Shown: one piece after another, positions 17,259 through 26,408 of the stretch
Position numbering within the stretch: the stretch's first letter is position 1
Layout: every line of letters starts with the position of its first letter
Source of the DNA: an uncultured Chroococcidiopsis sp.
Lineage (GTDB): Bacteria; Cyanobacteriota; Cyanobacteriia; Cyanobacteriales; Chroococcidiopsidaceae
Assembly: GCA_964248365.1 (NCBI GenBank)
Contig: CAXTYC010000052.1
Location: 1-28,861 of the forward strand
Reading direction: 5' to 3'
Length of the DNA: 28,861 bases
The notes under the pieces: model-generated
What the model was told of the DNA's origin: nothing
Databases searched by the model: none
What the model saw: the letters and a program-made list of their open reading frames with translations, nothing else
Position numbers and translations under genes: made by a program

Positions 17259-17287
17259 AGCTTAACTAAGTAAGTCTAACTTGTTAA
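17259..17287 (-). promoter_or_regulatory. Putative leftward sigma70 promoter overlapped by an imperfect palindrome (candidate Xre operator)
   Basis: Minus strand TTAACA-N17-TAAGCT; plus strand CTTAACTAAGTAAGTCTAACTTGTTAAG is near-palindromic; divergent from the Xre gene. Confidence 0.5.
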
Positions 17288-17386
17288 GTATTACTTTATG
17301 AGTTATGTTTAATATGTAGCGCGTGATAATTAATGCGTGTTATTTATAACCACATGATTAAGTAGAGTCAATGGAGGTGTTATTCT

Positions 17387-17656
17387 ATGAACTCTATGCT
17401 TGTCACTTTGTCTGTTGATATTCCTGGTTTAGGCAACCGAATTAGGCAGCTGAGGGAGGCTAAAAATATGTCTCCTACTCAGTTAGCTGCGTTAGCTGGA
17501 ATGAGTTCAGCAAACCTTTACCGAATTGAAAGTGAAACTACAAAATCAATTCCCAGAGAAACATTGAAAGCACTCAGCCAAGCGTTAGAAGTGGATCTTG
17601 ACAAGGAAGTAAAAGCTGCTTTAGCTAAAGCGTTAGCTGAAGATCAGAAAAAATAA
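17387..17656 (+). CDS. Xre/Cro-family HTH transcriptional regulator
   Basis: LGNRIRQLREAKNMSPTQLAALAGMSSANLYRIE; GGAGG RBS. Confidence 0.92.
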   Translation: MNSMLVTLSVDIPGLGNRIRQLREAKNMSPTQLAALAGMSSANLYRIESETTKSIPRETLKALSQALEVDLDKEVKAALAKALAEDQKK

Positions 17657-17801
17657 CAATTTATTGAACTCTTCTTCTAGGGTTTTTTACAGTAGCTTAT
17701 TACTGAAATTCTTAGACCTAAATAGATAGTAGCGCGCGAATTTATGTGTAGATGTAGTTAATTCCAGAAAGCAGTCCGAACAATAATGAGGTTGTACGAC
17801 A

Positions 17802-18017
17802 ATGAATACAAAAAATTTATTAATTCAAGAGATTGAGCAAGCTCCAGAGCCAATACTGGACGAGGTTCTTGACTTTCTTCGATATTTGAAAGCGAAACAC
17901 GAACAGGAAAAGCTAGAAATGCAAACCGATCTGGTGGATGCTCGTGCTGCTCTGTGTGAGGCAAAAGAACAAGGCACTACATCTCTTGCCGCTTTAAAGC
18001 AGGAGCTTGATTTATAA
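17802..18017 (+). CDS. Antitoxin (DUF2281-like)
   Basis: LIQEIEQAPEPILDEVLDFLRYLKAK; C-terminal GTTSLAALKQELDL; 3 nt upstream of a RelE gene. Confidence 0.8.
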   Translation: MNTKNLLIQEIEQAPEPILDEVLDFLRYLKAKHEQEKLEMQTDLVDARAALCEAKEQGTTSLAALKQELDL

Positions 18018-18020
18018 GGT

Positions 18021-18278
18021 ATGACTTATGAAGTTGAAATCACACCTGCTGCCAAACGTCAAATTAAGAAGCTAACCAAATCTATTCAACAGTTAATCGT
18101 TGAACGGCTGGAGGAATTAGTAGACAACCCGCGACCTCCTGGCGTAATCAAGATGGAAGCAGAGGAGAATTTATATCGAGTACGAGTAGGTGACTACCGC
18201 ATTATCTACGAAATTCAAGACAGTGTACTGCTGATTGTTGTAGTCAAAGTCGGACATCGCGCAAACGTCTACCGCTAA
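18021..18278 (+). CDS. relE: RelE/ParE-family toxin
   Basis: YEVEIT..AKRQIKKL, NPRPPG, YRVRVGDYRIIYEI, VGHRANVYR. Confidence 0.93.
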   Translation: MTYEVEITPAAKRQIKKLTKSIQQLIVERLEELVDNPRPPGVIKMEAEENLYRVRVGDYRIIYEIQDSVLLIVVVKVGHRANVYR

Positions 18279-18395
18279 AACTTTTCGAGAAGCAACGCTT
18301 AACTGACACAAAATCAACGCGCGATCGCGTATCCTCACTCCTAAGCTACGCGCGAGCGAACCCTACCACAGCCTAACCAATTAGATGTAGAGGTC

Positions 18396-19361
18396 ATGGT
18401 AATGACAATCATCTCCGCTCTAGTACTAATCGAGTCAAAATCAGCTCGTGATAGTCAGTTAGCGCGTTTCTCGCATGACAGCGCGAAAAGTATTCTTCAT
18501 CGAATCAAGTATTTGTATTTCGCGCTTTGGAAGGGAGTAGGAACTGCCACAACGAATCAAATGGCAGAATTTTATGAAGTACCTACCGATTCTGTACAGA
18601 AGGTTATTCAACGCCATCGGGATGAGCTGGAATCCGATGGAGTGAAAATTGTTAAAGGCAAAGACCTGAAAGCATTATCCAGCTTAGGTATGGACGGCTT
18701 GTCCATACCAAATGCTACGACAATTATCACTGTTTGGACACCCCGCGCTGCACTACGCTTGGGTATGTTGTTGCGGGACTCTACTGTTGCGGCATCAGTA
18801 CGAACAAGTTTGCTGGACGCAATTGAATATGTTATTCCCGCCTCTGCCCAAGAAATTGAACGAATGCGATTAGAGCTTGAGCTAATTCGTGCCAAACAGC
18901 ACTACCAAGATACCGGACACGCGATCGCTCTTTCTGCCAGTCCTGCAACCCTGGCATGGCTACGTGGCGAAAGTCCTCCACCTATAAAAGTAGAGTATAG
19001 AGATCGCTTTGTCGATCCTGCCACTGGTCAGGAAGTTGGTAGTTCGAGTGGCCGAAGTCTTACTCAACTAATTGCTGATGCTGGGTTGAATCCGAAATCA
19101 AAGCGCGATCGCCAATTGATTAAGAAAATTCTAAAAAGCAATGGGTTTGATTATGACAGGGGGCAACGTTGGGTAAGTGCGTCATACCTGCGCGAGTATC
19201 CAGTACTGCAAGATGAAATGTATCAGCAGGCATTGAAAGTAGTGCTGGCAGACCTTGGAGAAAGCAACTCTCAACCAAATCTATTTGTGCATTCCTTACA
19301 GCAAGCTTCCCTCAAAGAAGGCAATACACGGCGTAGTTTACAAGAGGAAGAACCAAACTAA
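18396..19361 (+). CDS. Phage antirepressor-like DNA-binding protein
   Basis: TTNQMAEFYEV...RHRDELESDG...TPRAALRLGMLLRDS.VA..VRT.LLD resembles antirepressor N-terminal domains; followed by a coiled coil. Confidence 0.65.
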   Translation: MVMTIISALVLIESKSARDSQLARFSHDSAKSILHRIKYLYFALWKGVGTATTNQMAEFYEVPTDSVQKVIQRHRDELESDGVKIVKGKDLKALSSLGMDGLSIPNATTIITVWTPRAALRLGMLLRDSTVAASVRTSLLDAIEYVIPASAQEIERMRLELELIRAKQHYQDTGHAIALSASPATLAWLRGESPPPIKVEYRDRFVDPATGQEVGSSSGRSLTQLIADAGLNPKSKRDRQLIKKILKSNGFDYDRGQRWVSASYLREYPVLQDEMYQQALKVVLADLGESNSQPNLFVHSLQQASLKEGNTRRSLQEEEPN

Positions 19362-19571
19362 AGTGCAACGCCTGAAGTATTTTTAGCTGCGGCTGACATA
19401 GTAAGCGTCAAGATGACTGCTAATGCCAGCTGCGCTCAAAGCACTTCCTTTTCCAAATAGCTTGCAGATCCAAACCACTCAAACAGGTTTTAGAACTAAC
19501 GCGATCGCTTTTCATTGCAATGAGTACGCGCACTCCAAACCAGATGGGCTTCGGGTTGCACTCGCTTTGTC

Positions 19572-20517
19572 ATGACTACAAACATAACACTTAGAAAAAT
19601 GTCACAATTTACATCTGCGTTTTTGGGGCAGGTACAGCACCCAATCAATATTCTCCAAGAATATTTGGCAGCATTTGGGAACAAGTGCCAACCTGCAATC
19701 CTATCTTGGTTGGATAACTGGACTAGGAATAAGCGTAAAGAAGCGCAGTCAGATTGGATTTGGCTGGTATTATCTGACGAAAGCTACCGAATTAGGGTAT
19801 TGTAAGGATACTATTTTTCGCCACCTCCACCATTTAGTTGAAATGGGGGTAATTGAGAGACAAAGAGCAAAGCGTTGGGCTACTGACAGGGCTTGGAAGT
19901 ACCGGATTGTTTCCCAGAAGCTAGCCCAATATATTGATTTATGCGAAAATCAGACCATTGATAGCAACGAATCAGAACATGGACAGTCTGAAGTTAGGAC
20001 ATCGACAGTCGAAAATCAGGAGAATAACATAGGTTCTAACTCAAGTTCTTCTTATGCTCAACCACAGGCAGAGCCAGTTGCTGTTGAGTCAGAAGAAGGA
20101 GGGGAAAAAGCAAATGAGCCAACAGATGAAGAAATAAAAAACGTTTGCATACAACTACGCCGTTTGTCTCCTGACATTAGCATTAATCCCCAGGTAAGAA
20201 GTGCAATCCGCTCTTTCTGGCATAATGTTCCGGCGGGGCTGGCTAGAGTTAAAAATGCGCTTGGTAAGGGATGGTGCAAACAACCGAATGGCGTGTTCGT
20301 CCAAACGCTCAAAAATGGTGCGTCAAGAGACGAGGAGGTAGTGGTGGTTGCCAAAGAGTATCCCCGCCCTACATTGGAGCAGTTGAACCAGGTTGGAGAA
20401 ATGGGGGAGTTGGTTTATACGGGGCTGAACGAGCCAGGATACCCAGAAGTTGTGGCTGTTAATACTGGTAGCGGTGTGTTGCCTTGGTGGGTAGTTTTAG
20501 GGGTGGAAGTTGCGTGA
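19572..20517 (+). pseudogene. Winged-HTH replication-initiator-like gene split by a frameshift near 19782
   Basis: ORF 19572-19805 (AILSWLDNW...DWIWLVLSDE) continues in another frame as ATELGYCKDTIFRHLHHLVEMGVIER...WKYRI, a wHTH with wing. Iteron-like repeats follow. Confidence 0.65.
19943..20021 (+). repeat. 3.5 degenerate 22-bp tandem repeats (iteron-like)
   Basis: GCGAAAATCAGACCATTGATAG / CAACGAATCAGAACATGGACAG / TCTGAAGTTAGGACATCGACAG / TCGAAAATCAGGA. Confidence 0.7.
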
Positions 20518-20910
20518 AGTATAGGTAAGAAGGTTTCCACTACCTTTTGCTGTATGGGTTGGAAGTCGAAAAGAATGCTTGTGACGAGTTTGGCACACTC
20601 TGGAACTTCTAGCTACGACCAGGTGGACGCTCGGGAGCGGCGCAATAAAGTGGGGTAAGAAGCGGCAAGCGATCGCGTCTGTGTCTCCTCAAGATCGGTA
20701 CTGCACCTAGTTGGCGGGTTGTACAAGCTGGGAATGGCGAGTGAGGAGGATTTACTAGCTGAAGAAAGAATTTGTTTTGGTGTGGAAATATACCTCTGCT
20801 GATGTGAAGAGTTTACCGCAGTCAAATACTTCAGGCTACGACGAGCAGCTAGAAGCAGTACGATGGACGCGATCGCACTTGGTTGCGAATGACTTAGGCG
20901 TTTTCGCGGG

Positions 20911-20993
20911 AATAAAATACCGGAACCTTAATTATCCCCTCCGACTACGCTGCCATTCCCTACGACATGACGTGAAGGTTCCGGTATTTTATT
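20911..20993. repeat. Perfect 19-bp inverted repeat with 45-bp spacer
   Basis: AATAAAATACCGGAACCTT (20911-20929) and AAGGTTCCGGTATTTTATT (20975-20993). Confidence 0.9.
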
Positions 20994-21038
20994 TCTTAGC
21001 TTCCTCCTAAACCGAGCGTCAGATGGGAGCTACTAACT

Positions 21039-21207
21039 CTCATTTCTCACTTTTCTTGAAAGGAAAATATAGAAACTGTTGTAGCCAAGGGTTTTAGCAA
21101 AATTGCTCCAAATGAAATCACTTGGAGTAGAAATTAAGCATGAAGCCATATATAACAAGCTTTTTCAAGTTTTGGTCATCTTTTTCCCTATTAAAGTGAC
21201 AAATGAG
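21039..21207. mobile_element. MITE-like palindromic element (~170 bp)
   Basis: CTCATTTCTCACTTT ... AAAGTGACAAATGAG (14/15 inverted match); central hairpin CTCCAAATGAAATCACTTGGAG; non-coding. Confidence 0.5.
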
Positions 21208-21270
21208 GGATAAGATACAAAGGGAGTTATTTGTTTAAATTCAACAAAATTATTCCCAATTTTCACGAGA

Positions 21271-22518
21271 ATGAATAACTGGTTTGATACTGCGCGGTTG
21301 GGGATGTTCATTCATTGGGGACATAGTTCTCAACAAGGATGTGAGTTGTCTTGGCCGTTAGTTGGGGGTGTATTTAGCCTTCCTTGTTGTCAAGATATTT
21401 CAGTTGAGAAATATCACAGCACAGCTAATACTTTCAATCCACAAGAATACAATCCTCAACAATGGGCAGATTTAGCAAAAAGTTTAGGAATGAAATATGC
21501 CATATTAACAGCCAAGCATCATGATGGTTTTGCCCTATTTTATACCCAATCATCAGACTTTTCAATTGCATCTACACCTTACAGACAAGACATTGTAGGT
21601 GAATTTGTCATAGCTATGCGCTCTGTTGGATTGCGTATTGGTCTTTATTTTTCACTCAGTGATTGGCATCATCCTGACTATCCTGCATTTACAGAGGCAG
21701 ATAAACCGTATCGCTTTGACCAACTACCTCAACCTACACCGCAACAGTGGGAGCGATATATCCAGTTTCTATTCAATCAGATTCGAGAATTATTGACTAA
21801 CTATGGTCAAATTGACATCATTTGGTTTGACGGAAGTTGGGAACGCACAAAAGAGCAATGGCAGGTTCAAGAATTAGCCAAAATGATTCGTGATTTACAA
21901 CCGGATATTCTCATCAACGATCGTCTACCAGATTGTGGCGACTTTGAAACTTCAGAGCAGTTTATTCCTCCTCATCCACCTGCTCATGCTTGGGAAACCT
22001 GTCTGACTATGAACTCAAGTTGGGGATATAACCGAGACGACCGCAACTTCAAATCCTCACGTCAATTGATTCATACTCTTTGTGAAGTAGCAGGCAAAGG
22101 AGGCAATCTCTTACTCAATATTAGTCCAATGGGTAATGGAACAATCCCCCCAGAGCAGTTAGAACGTCTCAAAGAGATAGCAGATTGGATGTCTTGCCAC
22201 TCTGAAAGTATACTTGATACCACCCCAGGATTAGAATCGTGGCAATTTTATGGACCCTCGACTTGTAAAGGCAATCGCATTTATCTGCACCTATTAATGA
22301 AACCATTAGAAACAATATCAGTTCGGGGTATACCAATCAAACAAGTAAAATCGGTGTTTGTCTTGGCTGATGGCACAGCACTCACCTACACAAGTCGCTG
22401 TGCAATTATGGATTCTCTGCTCAATTCTAATCCGTTAGGAGAATTAACAATTTATGTACCTGAGCCAGTCATTAATCCCTACGTCACAGTGATTTGTATT
22501 AATATTGACCTTGAGTAA
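21271..22518 (+). CDS. Alpha-L-fucosidase (GH29)
   Basis: WF..ARLGMFIHWG, LTAKHHDGF, DWHHPDY, IIWFDG (nucleophile), INDR, WETCLTMNSSWGY, GGNLLLNISP. Confidence 0.95.
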   Translation: MNNWFDTARLGMFIHWGHSSQQGCELSWPLVGGVFSLPCCQDISVEKYHSTANTFNPQEYNPQQWADLAKSLGMKYAILTAKHHDGFALFYTQSSDFSIASTPYRQDIVGEFVIAMRSVGLRIGLYFSLSDWHHPDYPAFTEADKPYRFDQLPQPTPQQWERYIQFLFNQIRELLTNYGQIDIIWFDGSWERTKEQWQVQELAKMIRDLQPDILINDRLPDCGDFETSEQFIPPHPPAHAWETCLTMNSSWGYNRDDRNFKSSRQLIHTLCEVAGKGGNLLLNISPMGNGTIPPEQLERLKEIADWMSCHSESILDTTPGLESWQFYGPSTCKGNRIYLHLLMKPLETISVRGIPIKQVKSVFVLADGTALTYTSRCAIMDSLLNSNPLGELTIYVPEPVINPYVTVICINIDLE

Positions 22519-22762
22519 TTCTTGTTTATTAGGTATTTAAGTTCAAGTCAGCTTTTGGTGAAACTCTTCTGCCTTCACCCCGCTTCCCAAAAAGCGCGAT
22601 CGCTTGATAATGGTGCTACGGCGTGATGGAGAATTCGATTTGTGTGCCGCGCCAGTTCCACAGTAAGCAACGAACGCCGTAAACCATAACACAAATAGGA
22701 ATGTACGCTTAATGCGCGACGTGAAAGTTGTGCATAGGCAAATTAAGTGCTAACTGCTGTCC

Positions 22763-23224
22763 ATGTCAAAAGAAGGAGGGGAAAAACCAAATGAGCCAAC
22801 ACCTGAAGACATAAAAGACGTTTGCATACAACTACGCCGTTTGTCTCCTGACATCAGCATTAATCCCCAGGTAAGAAGCGCAATCCGCTCGTGCTGGCGT
22901 AATGTTCCCTCTGGGCTGGCTAGAGTTAAAAACGCGATGGTCGCGTTGCGAACCGCCGCAGGCATCGCACAGGGTTGGTGCAAGCAACCGACTGGGTTAT
23001 TTGTCCAAACACTCAAAAATGGCGTGTCAAAAGAGCAGCTAGATGCATCAGTTGTGAGTAAAGAATATCCGCGCCCTACGCTTGAACAGTTGAATCAGCT
23101 GGGGGAAATGGGGGAGTTGGTTTATACCAAGCTGAATGAACGTGGATATCCCTCAGTTGTGGCGGTTAATACTGGAAGAGGGGTGTTGCCTTGGTGGGTA
23201 GTGTTAGGGGTGGAAGTGGTGTAG
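22763..23224 (+). pseudogene. Second, 5'-truncated copy of the C-terminal half of the initiator-like gene
   Basis: Near-identical to 20091-20517 (CIQLRRLSPDISINPQVRSAIRS, YPRPTLEQLNQ, GVLPWWVVLGVEV); lacks the wHTH part. Confidence 0.85.
22934..22968. mobile_element. 27-bp small dispersed repeat inserted into a HIP1 site
   Basis: GCGAT-GGTCGCGTTGCGAACCGCCGCAGGC-ATCGC; removing 27 bp restores GCGATCGC; the insert is absent from the paralogous copy near 20256. Confidence 0.75.
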
Positions 23225-23475
23225 TTGTAGGGGGGAATTTTCATGAGTATAGGTTGTATCAATGTGGAAGGCTACCCCTGCTGATGTGAAGAATTTTTCG
23301 CCGTCGCATACTTACTGAGTACGAGCAACCCAAGGCAGTGCGATGGTAATGCGACGGAAAGGAATTGCAGATCTGCTCAATCACGACCAGGCACAGCCGG
23401 AATGATTCATGCAAGAGGTCTATTGCTCTGTTGCTCAAGCTGTATTGCTAGCTTGGAGCAACAGAGCAATAAACC

Positions 23476-23796
23476 TCAAACAACTTCAATTACCTGAGCT
23501 GGGGTAACTTGTGCAAGCGCGTTGCCAACTTTTGGAATCAGTGGGATTAGATCGAGAAGGCGATTGCTAGAAGCAACCATAACTACCACTGCAATCCCCA
23601 CCTGTTGTAAATTTTGCTGGTACTGTAGATTCCGATCTGTTGTTAGTAAAACTGTAAACCCCTCCTCGCTCATCAGTTGTAATAACTCACCGTTCTTTTT
23701 ACCAGACCATCCTATTTCCACGACTGTTCGGACTTGATAATCAGGTAATTCACGTTTTAGAGGTCGTGGCACACATTCATCAAGCAGAACTTGCAT
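23476..23796 (-). CDS. DUF5615 PIN-like toxin (VapC45-like)
   Basis: MQVLLDECVP, GWSGKKNGELL, LLTTDRNL. Confidence 0.9.
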   Translation of the reverse strand: MQVLLDECVPRPLKRELPDYQVRTVVEIGWSGKKNGELLQLMSEEGFTVLLTTDRNLQYQQNLQQVGIAVVVMVASSNRLLDLIPLIPKVGNALAQVTPAQVIEVV

Positions 23797-24004
23797 AAGC
23801 GCTCAGCATTTCCTTGGCAAGTTCCAGGGTGGCGATCGCCTGAGCGCGACTGACGCTGGGGAAATGATCTAGAAACTCATCAAGTGAGTCACCAGCTGCT
23901 AAATAATCAAGTAAAGTCTTAATTGGTACGCGAGTACCGATAAAAACGGGTGTTCCTCCCAAGATATCGGGATCGCTATGAATAACACGTATGACTGAAG
24001 ACAT
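23780..24004 (-). CDS. DUF433 antitoxin (VapB45-like)
   Basis: DPDILGGTPVFIGTRVP, GDSLDEFLDHFP; overlaps the PIN gene. Confidence 0.93.
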   Translation of the reverse strand: MSSVIRVIHSDPDILGGTPVFIGTRVPIKTLLDYLAAGDSLDEFLDHFPSVSRAQAIATLELAKEMLSAYASSA

Positions 24005-24679
24005 AACAGTTTAGCCGAGCATTTCTTGGCAACTCGATCCTATTCCATAATTGTCTTGTTTGACGCTAACTGGTTTAGGGTGAGCTAGTGGTGAGCTAGT
24101 GGTGAAACTGGATGCCTCCGCGCCCGCGAAACAAAAGCGCTCTTCGCCCGATATTGCTGCTGATGCTTGAGTTGAGAATTGAATCTTCGTGCCAGCGCTA
24201 GTTCCGCAGCCAAAACACTTCTGACTACGAGCAACTAGAGGCAGTGCGATCGCACTTGCTGACCAATCACTCAAACCGATGTCGGCGAGAATCTACTAAT
24301 GTTTTAGTATTAGGGGTTTGGAGATAAGAGGTAGGGGTAAAGCGAGTATTTGTAATCAAGTGTAATCACTGCTCAACACCTTGAGCATTAAAGGTTTGGA
24401 CACCAGCAGCCCGTTAGTTATAGTAAAATAGTCAAAGTGTTGTTGAGAGCTTGCCCATTCCAAGCAGCAACGGCACTCTTGATGTATTTAGCTCGCAATA
24501 CGGTTAAGTAAGTGATGAATGACAAAGTTGGAGGTGTCTCAAGCCTTACTCCTGGTATGCTTTTCGTATTCTGATTGAGAATAGTCACGGGCTATCTTTC
24601 GGGAGCTGAACTGTATTGGCTTAGATTACATCCCAAATGGGGAAAACCCCGTATTTCAGATGAAGCGTGGCTTGTGCCA

Positions 24680-25291
24680 ATGACTATTGAATATATCAAT
24701 CGCAAAGGCAAAACATATTACCTGCACCAGGGGCAAACCAAAACGGGCAAACCCAAGTATTTCTTCTCGATGAAATCTGAGGGGATGCTAGTAAGCGCAA
24801 TTCCTGATGGTTATGAAATTTATCAGAACCCCAATGCCCAAGTGTTTTTGCGGAAAATTCCACCCCAAATTATTACGCCGCAAGAGCTTGCCATCGTTAA
24901 ATCAGGGGTGAAACAATACGCCAAACTTGACTACTTTATCGTGGATGTCAAAGACAAACAGATTATCGTCTATCTGTGTGACCAAGATGTTGATGCTTTG
25001 ATGAAATTGGCCTCATTTGGGCAGGGCAAGGATTGGGCTAAGAGGAGAGAATTCTTGGCCCAGTCTCTCTCCTACTCTCCCATGATGCAGTTTGTGCTGG
25101 ATGATGACCAAACCAGAGAATTTATGGTGTCACGCTGGTGTTTTCGGGGTTCAGTGGATGATTGGATATTTTTGGATGGTTCAACCGACCTGAAAGCCCT
25201 AGTCAAAAAATACGCTCGGCATTTAGGTAAAGAGTCCTTCTATGATTTGATCCCATATGGATACAGCAGTTCTCAATTGGCTGAAATATAA
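24680..25291 (+). CDS. Hypothetical protein
   Basis: MTIEYINRKGKTYYLHQGQTKTGKPKYFFS...; likely start ATG 24680; protein-like composition. Confidence 0.75.
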   Translation: MTIEYINRKGKTYYLHQGQTKTGKPKYFFSMKSEGMLVSAIPDGYEIYQNPNAQVFLRKIPPQIITPQELAIVKSGVKQYAKLDYFIVDVKDKQIIVYLCDQDVDALMKLASFGQGKDWAKRREFLAQSLSYSPMMQFVLDDDQTREFMVSRWCFRGSVDDWIFLDGSTDLKALVKKYARHLGKESFYDLIPYGYSSSQLAEI

Positions 25292-25433
25292 CAACAGTAG
25301 TGGGTGAACAAGCCTTTAATGTCCTTAGTCGTTACGGCAGCAAGAGCATTCGTGATGGCAGAGTTAGACCCTGCATATGTTCGTGCTGCTCGTGCGCGAA
25401 GGAACTCCTTTCTAACTTTTTGAAGAGTCAAAG

Positions 25434-25871
25434 TTATGACTTGGATGATGGCGGTGCAAACTGTGCAAATAACTCTGCCCCTGTCATGTTCTTAGTTTCA
25501 TTGGCATTCATAGTAATATTCTGGTTTTTCGTCGATAAAAACTTGATGCTCGAACACAAGGCCTTCATCGTTATCAAAAATCCCCACAGATATGTAGTAT
25601 TGGCTGTTTTGTTTCAATCTGTAAAATAGGTGGCTACCGCATTTTTTACAAAATCCCCGCTCCGCCCCGAACTGAAGATTGATAAATCCCGATATTTTCT
25701 TCACCCTTAAAGCTAACATCACTGCCACAATCAACTACTAACAAAGCTCCTCCACTCCACTTGCGACACATACTACAATGACACGCCGCTACGTGATGAT
25801 TCATACTGGTTGTAGAAAGGCTGACAACAGAGCAAGCTGCAGCTGCCTTTTGCCATAATCTCATTAGACAT
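25434..25871 (-). pseudogene. GFA/CENP-V family Zn-binding protein with multiple frameshifts
   Basis: Fragments MSNEIMAKGSC / CHCSMCRKWSGG / AERGFCKKCGSHLFYR...FIDEKP / ANETKNMTGAELFA, each offset in frame from the next. Confidence 0.88.
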
Positions 25872-26123
25872 ATTCTGCTCGACTTCGGTTATGCATTAAC
25901 CATACTATTTATTCTGCTGCGATCGCGCTTACCAAGAGCGAGCCAATTAGCTGACATAATGCGATTAATTAACCAAAACTCGGTGCGAGCGCTTGCTCTT
26001 GAGTCTACTCGATTGGTCTACCTATTCCAATAACAGATCGGTTTTCTCTCTATGATTTTCCCATCCGCCGGGGTGAGAATAGGGACACAATTGTAAATAG
26101 AGTTAAAGTTTTTGAGGTGGGCT

Positions 26124-26309
26124 ATGTTTCCTTTCTGGGGTAGTAGCTGTTATGGTAACGAACCAATGTCTCGCAAGAACTTTTTAGAGCGCAGGCTTCG
26201 GTTCCTCAAGTGGATGCGGGATGATTTAGAAACGAGGTTAGCCGGTATTAATGCGGCAATTGGTAAAGTCGAACAGCAATTAGGCGACGATGAAGCAGCC
26301 TCTGCTTGA
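26124..26309 (+). CDS. Small coiled-coil hypothetical protein
   Basis: GAGGTGG RBS before ATG 26124; amphipathic helix FLERRLRFLKWMRDDLETRLAG; terminator downstream. Confidence 0.65.
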   Translation: MFPFWGSSCYGNEPMSRKNFLERRLRFLKWMRDDLETRLAGINAAIGKVEQQLGDDEAASA

Positions 26310-26378
26310 AGTTAAAACAGATTCCGCACCAGCGTTTGTTAAAGCTTTCCAAGTTCCGCGTTAAATAGATAGATCCAA

Positions 26379-26408
26379 GCCCCAGTCAAGCAACTGGGGT
26401 TTTTATTT
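26379..26408 (+). terminator. Intrinsic terminator
   Basis: GCCCCAGT-caagca-ACTGGGGT followed by TTTTATTT. Confidence 0.75.

Noticed and set aside
16983..17273. 96-aa plus-strand ORF
   Set aside because: Antisense to the predicted structured leader; no motif.
24011..24274. 87-aa minus-strand ORF and an 11-bp tandem repeat (GGTGAGCTAGT x2, 24079-24100)
   Set aside because: No recognisable family; it overlaps a degenerate repeat relic and is probably decayed sequence.
25300..25629. 109-aa plus-strand ORF with a hydrophobic stretch
   Set aside because: Antisense to the GFA pseudogene.
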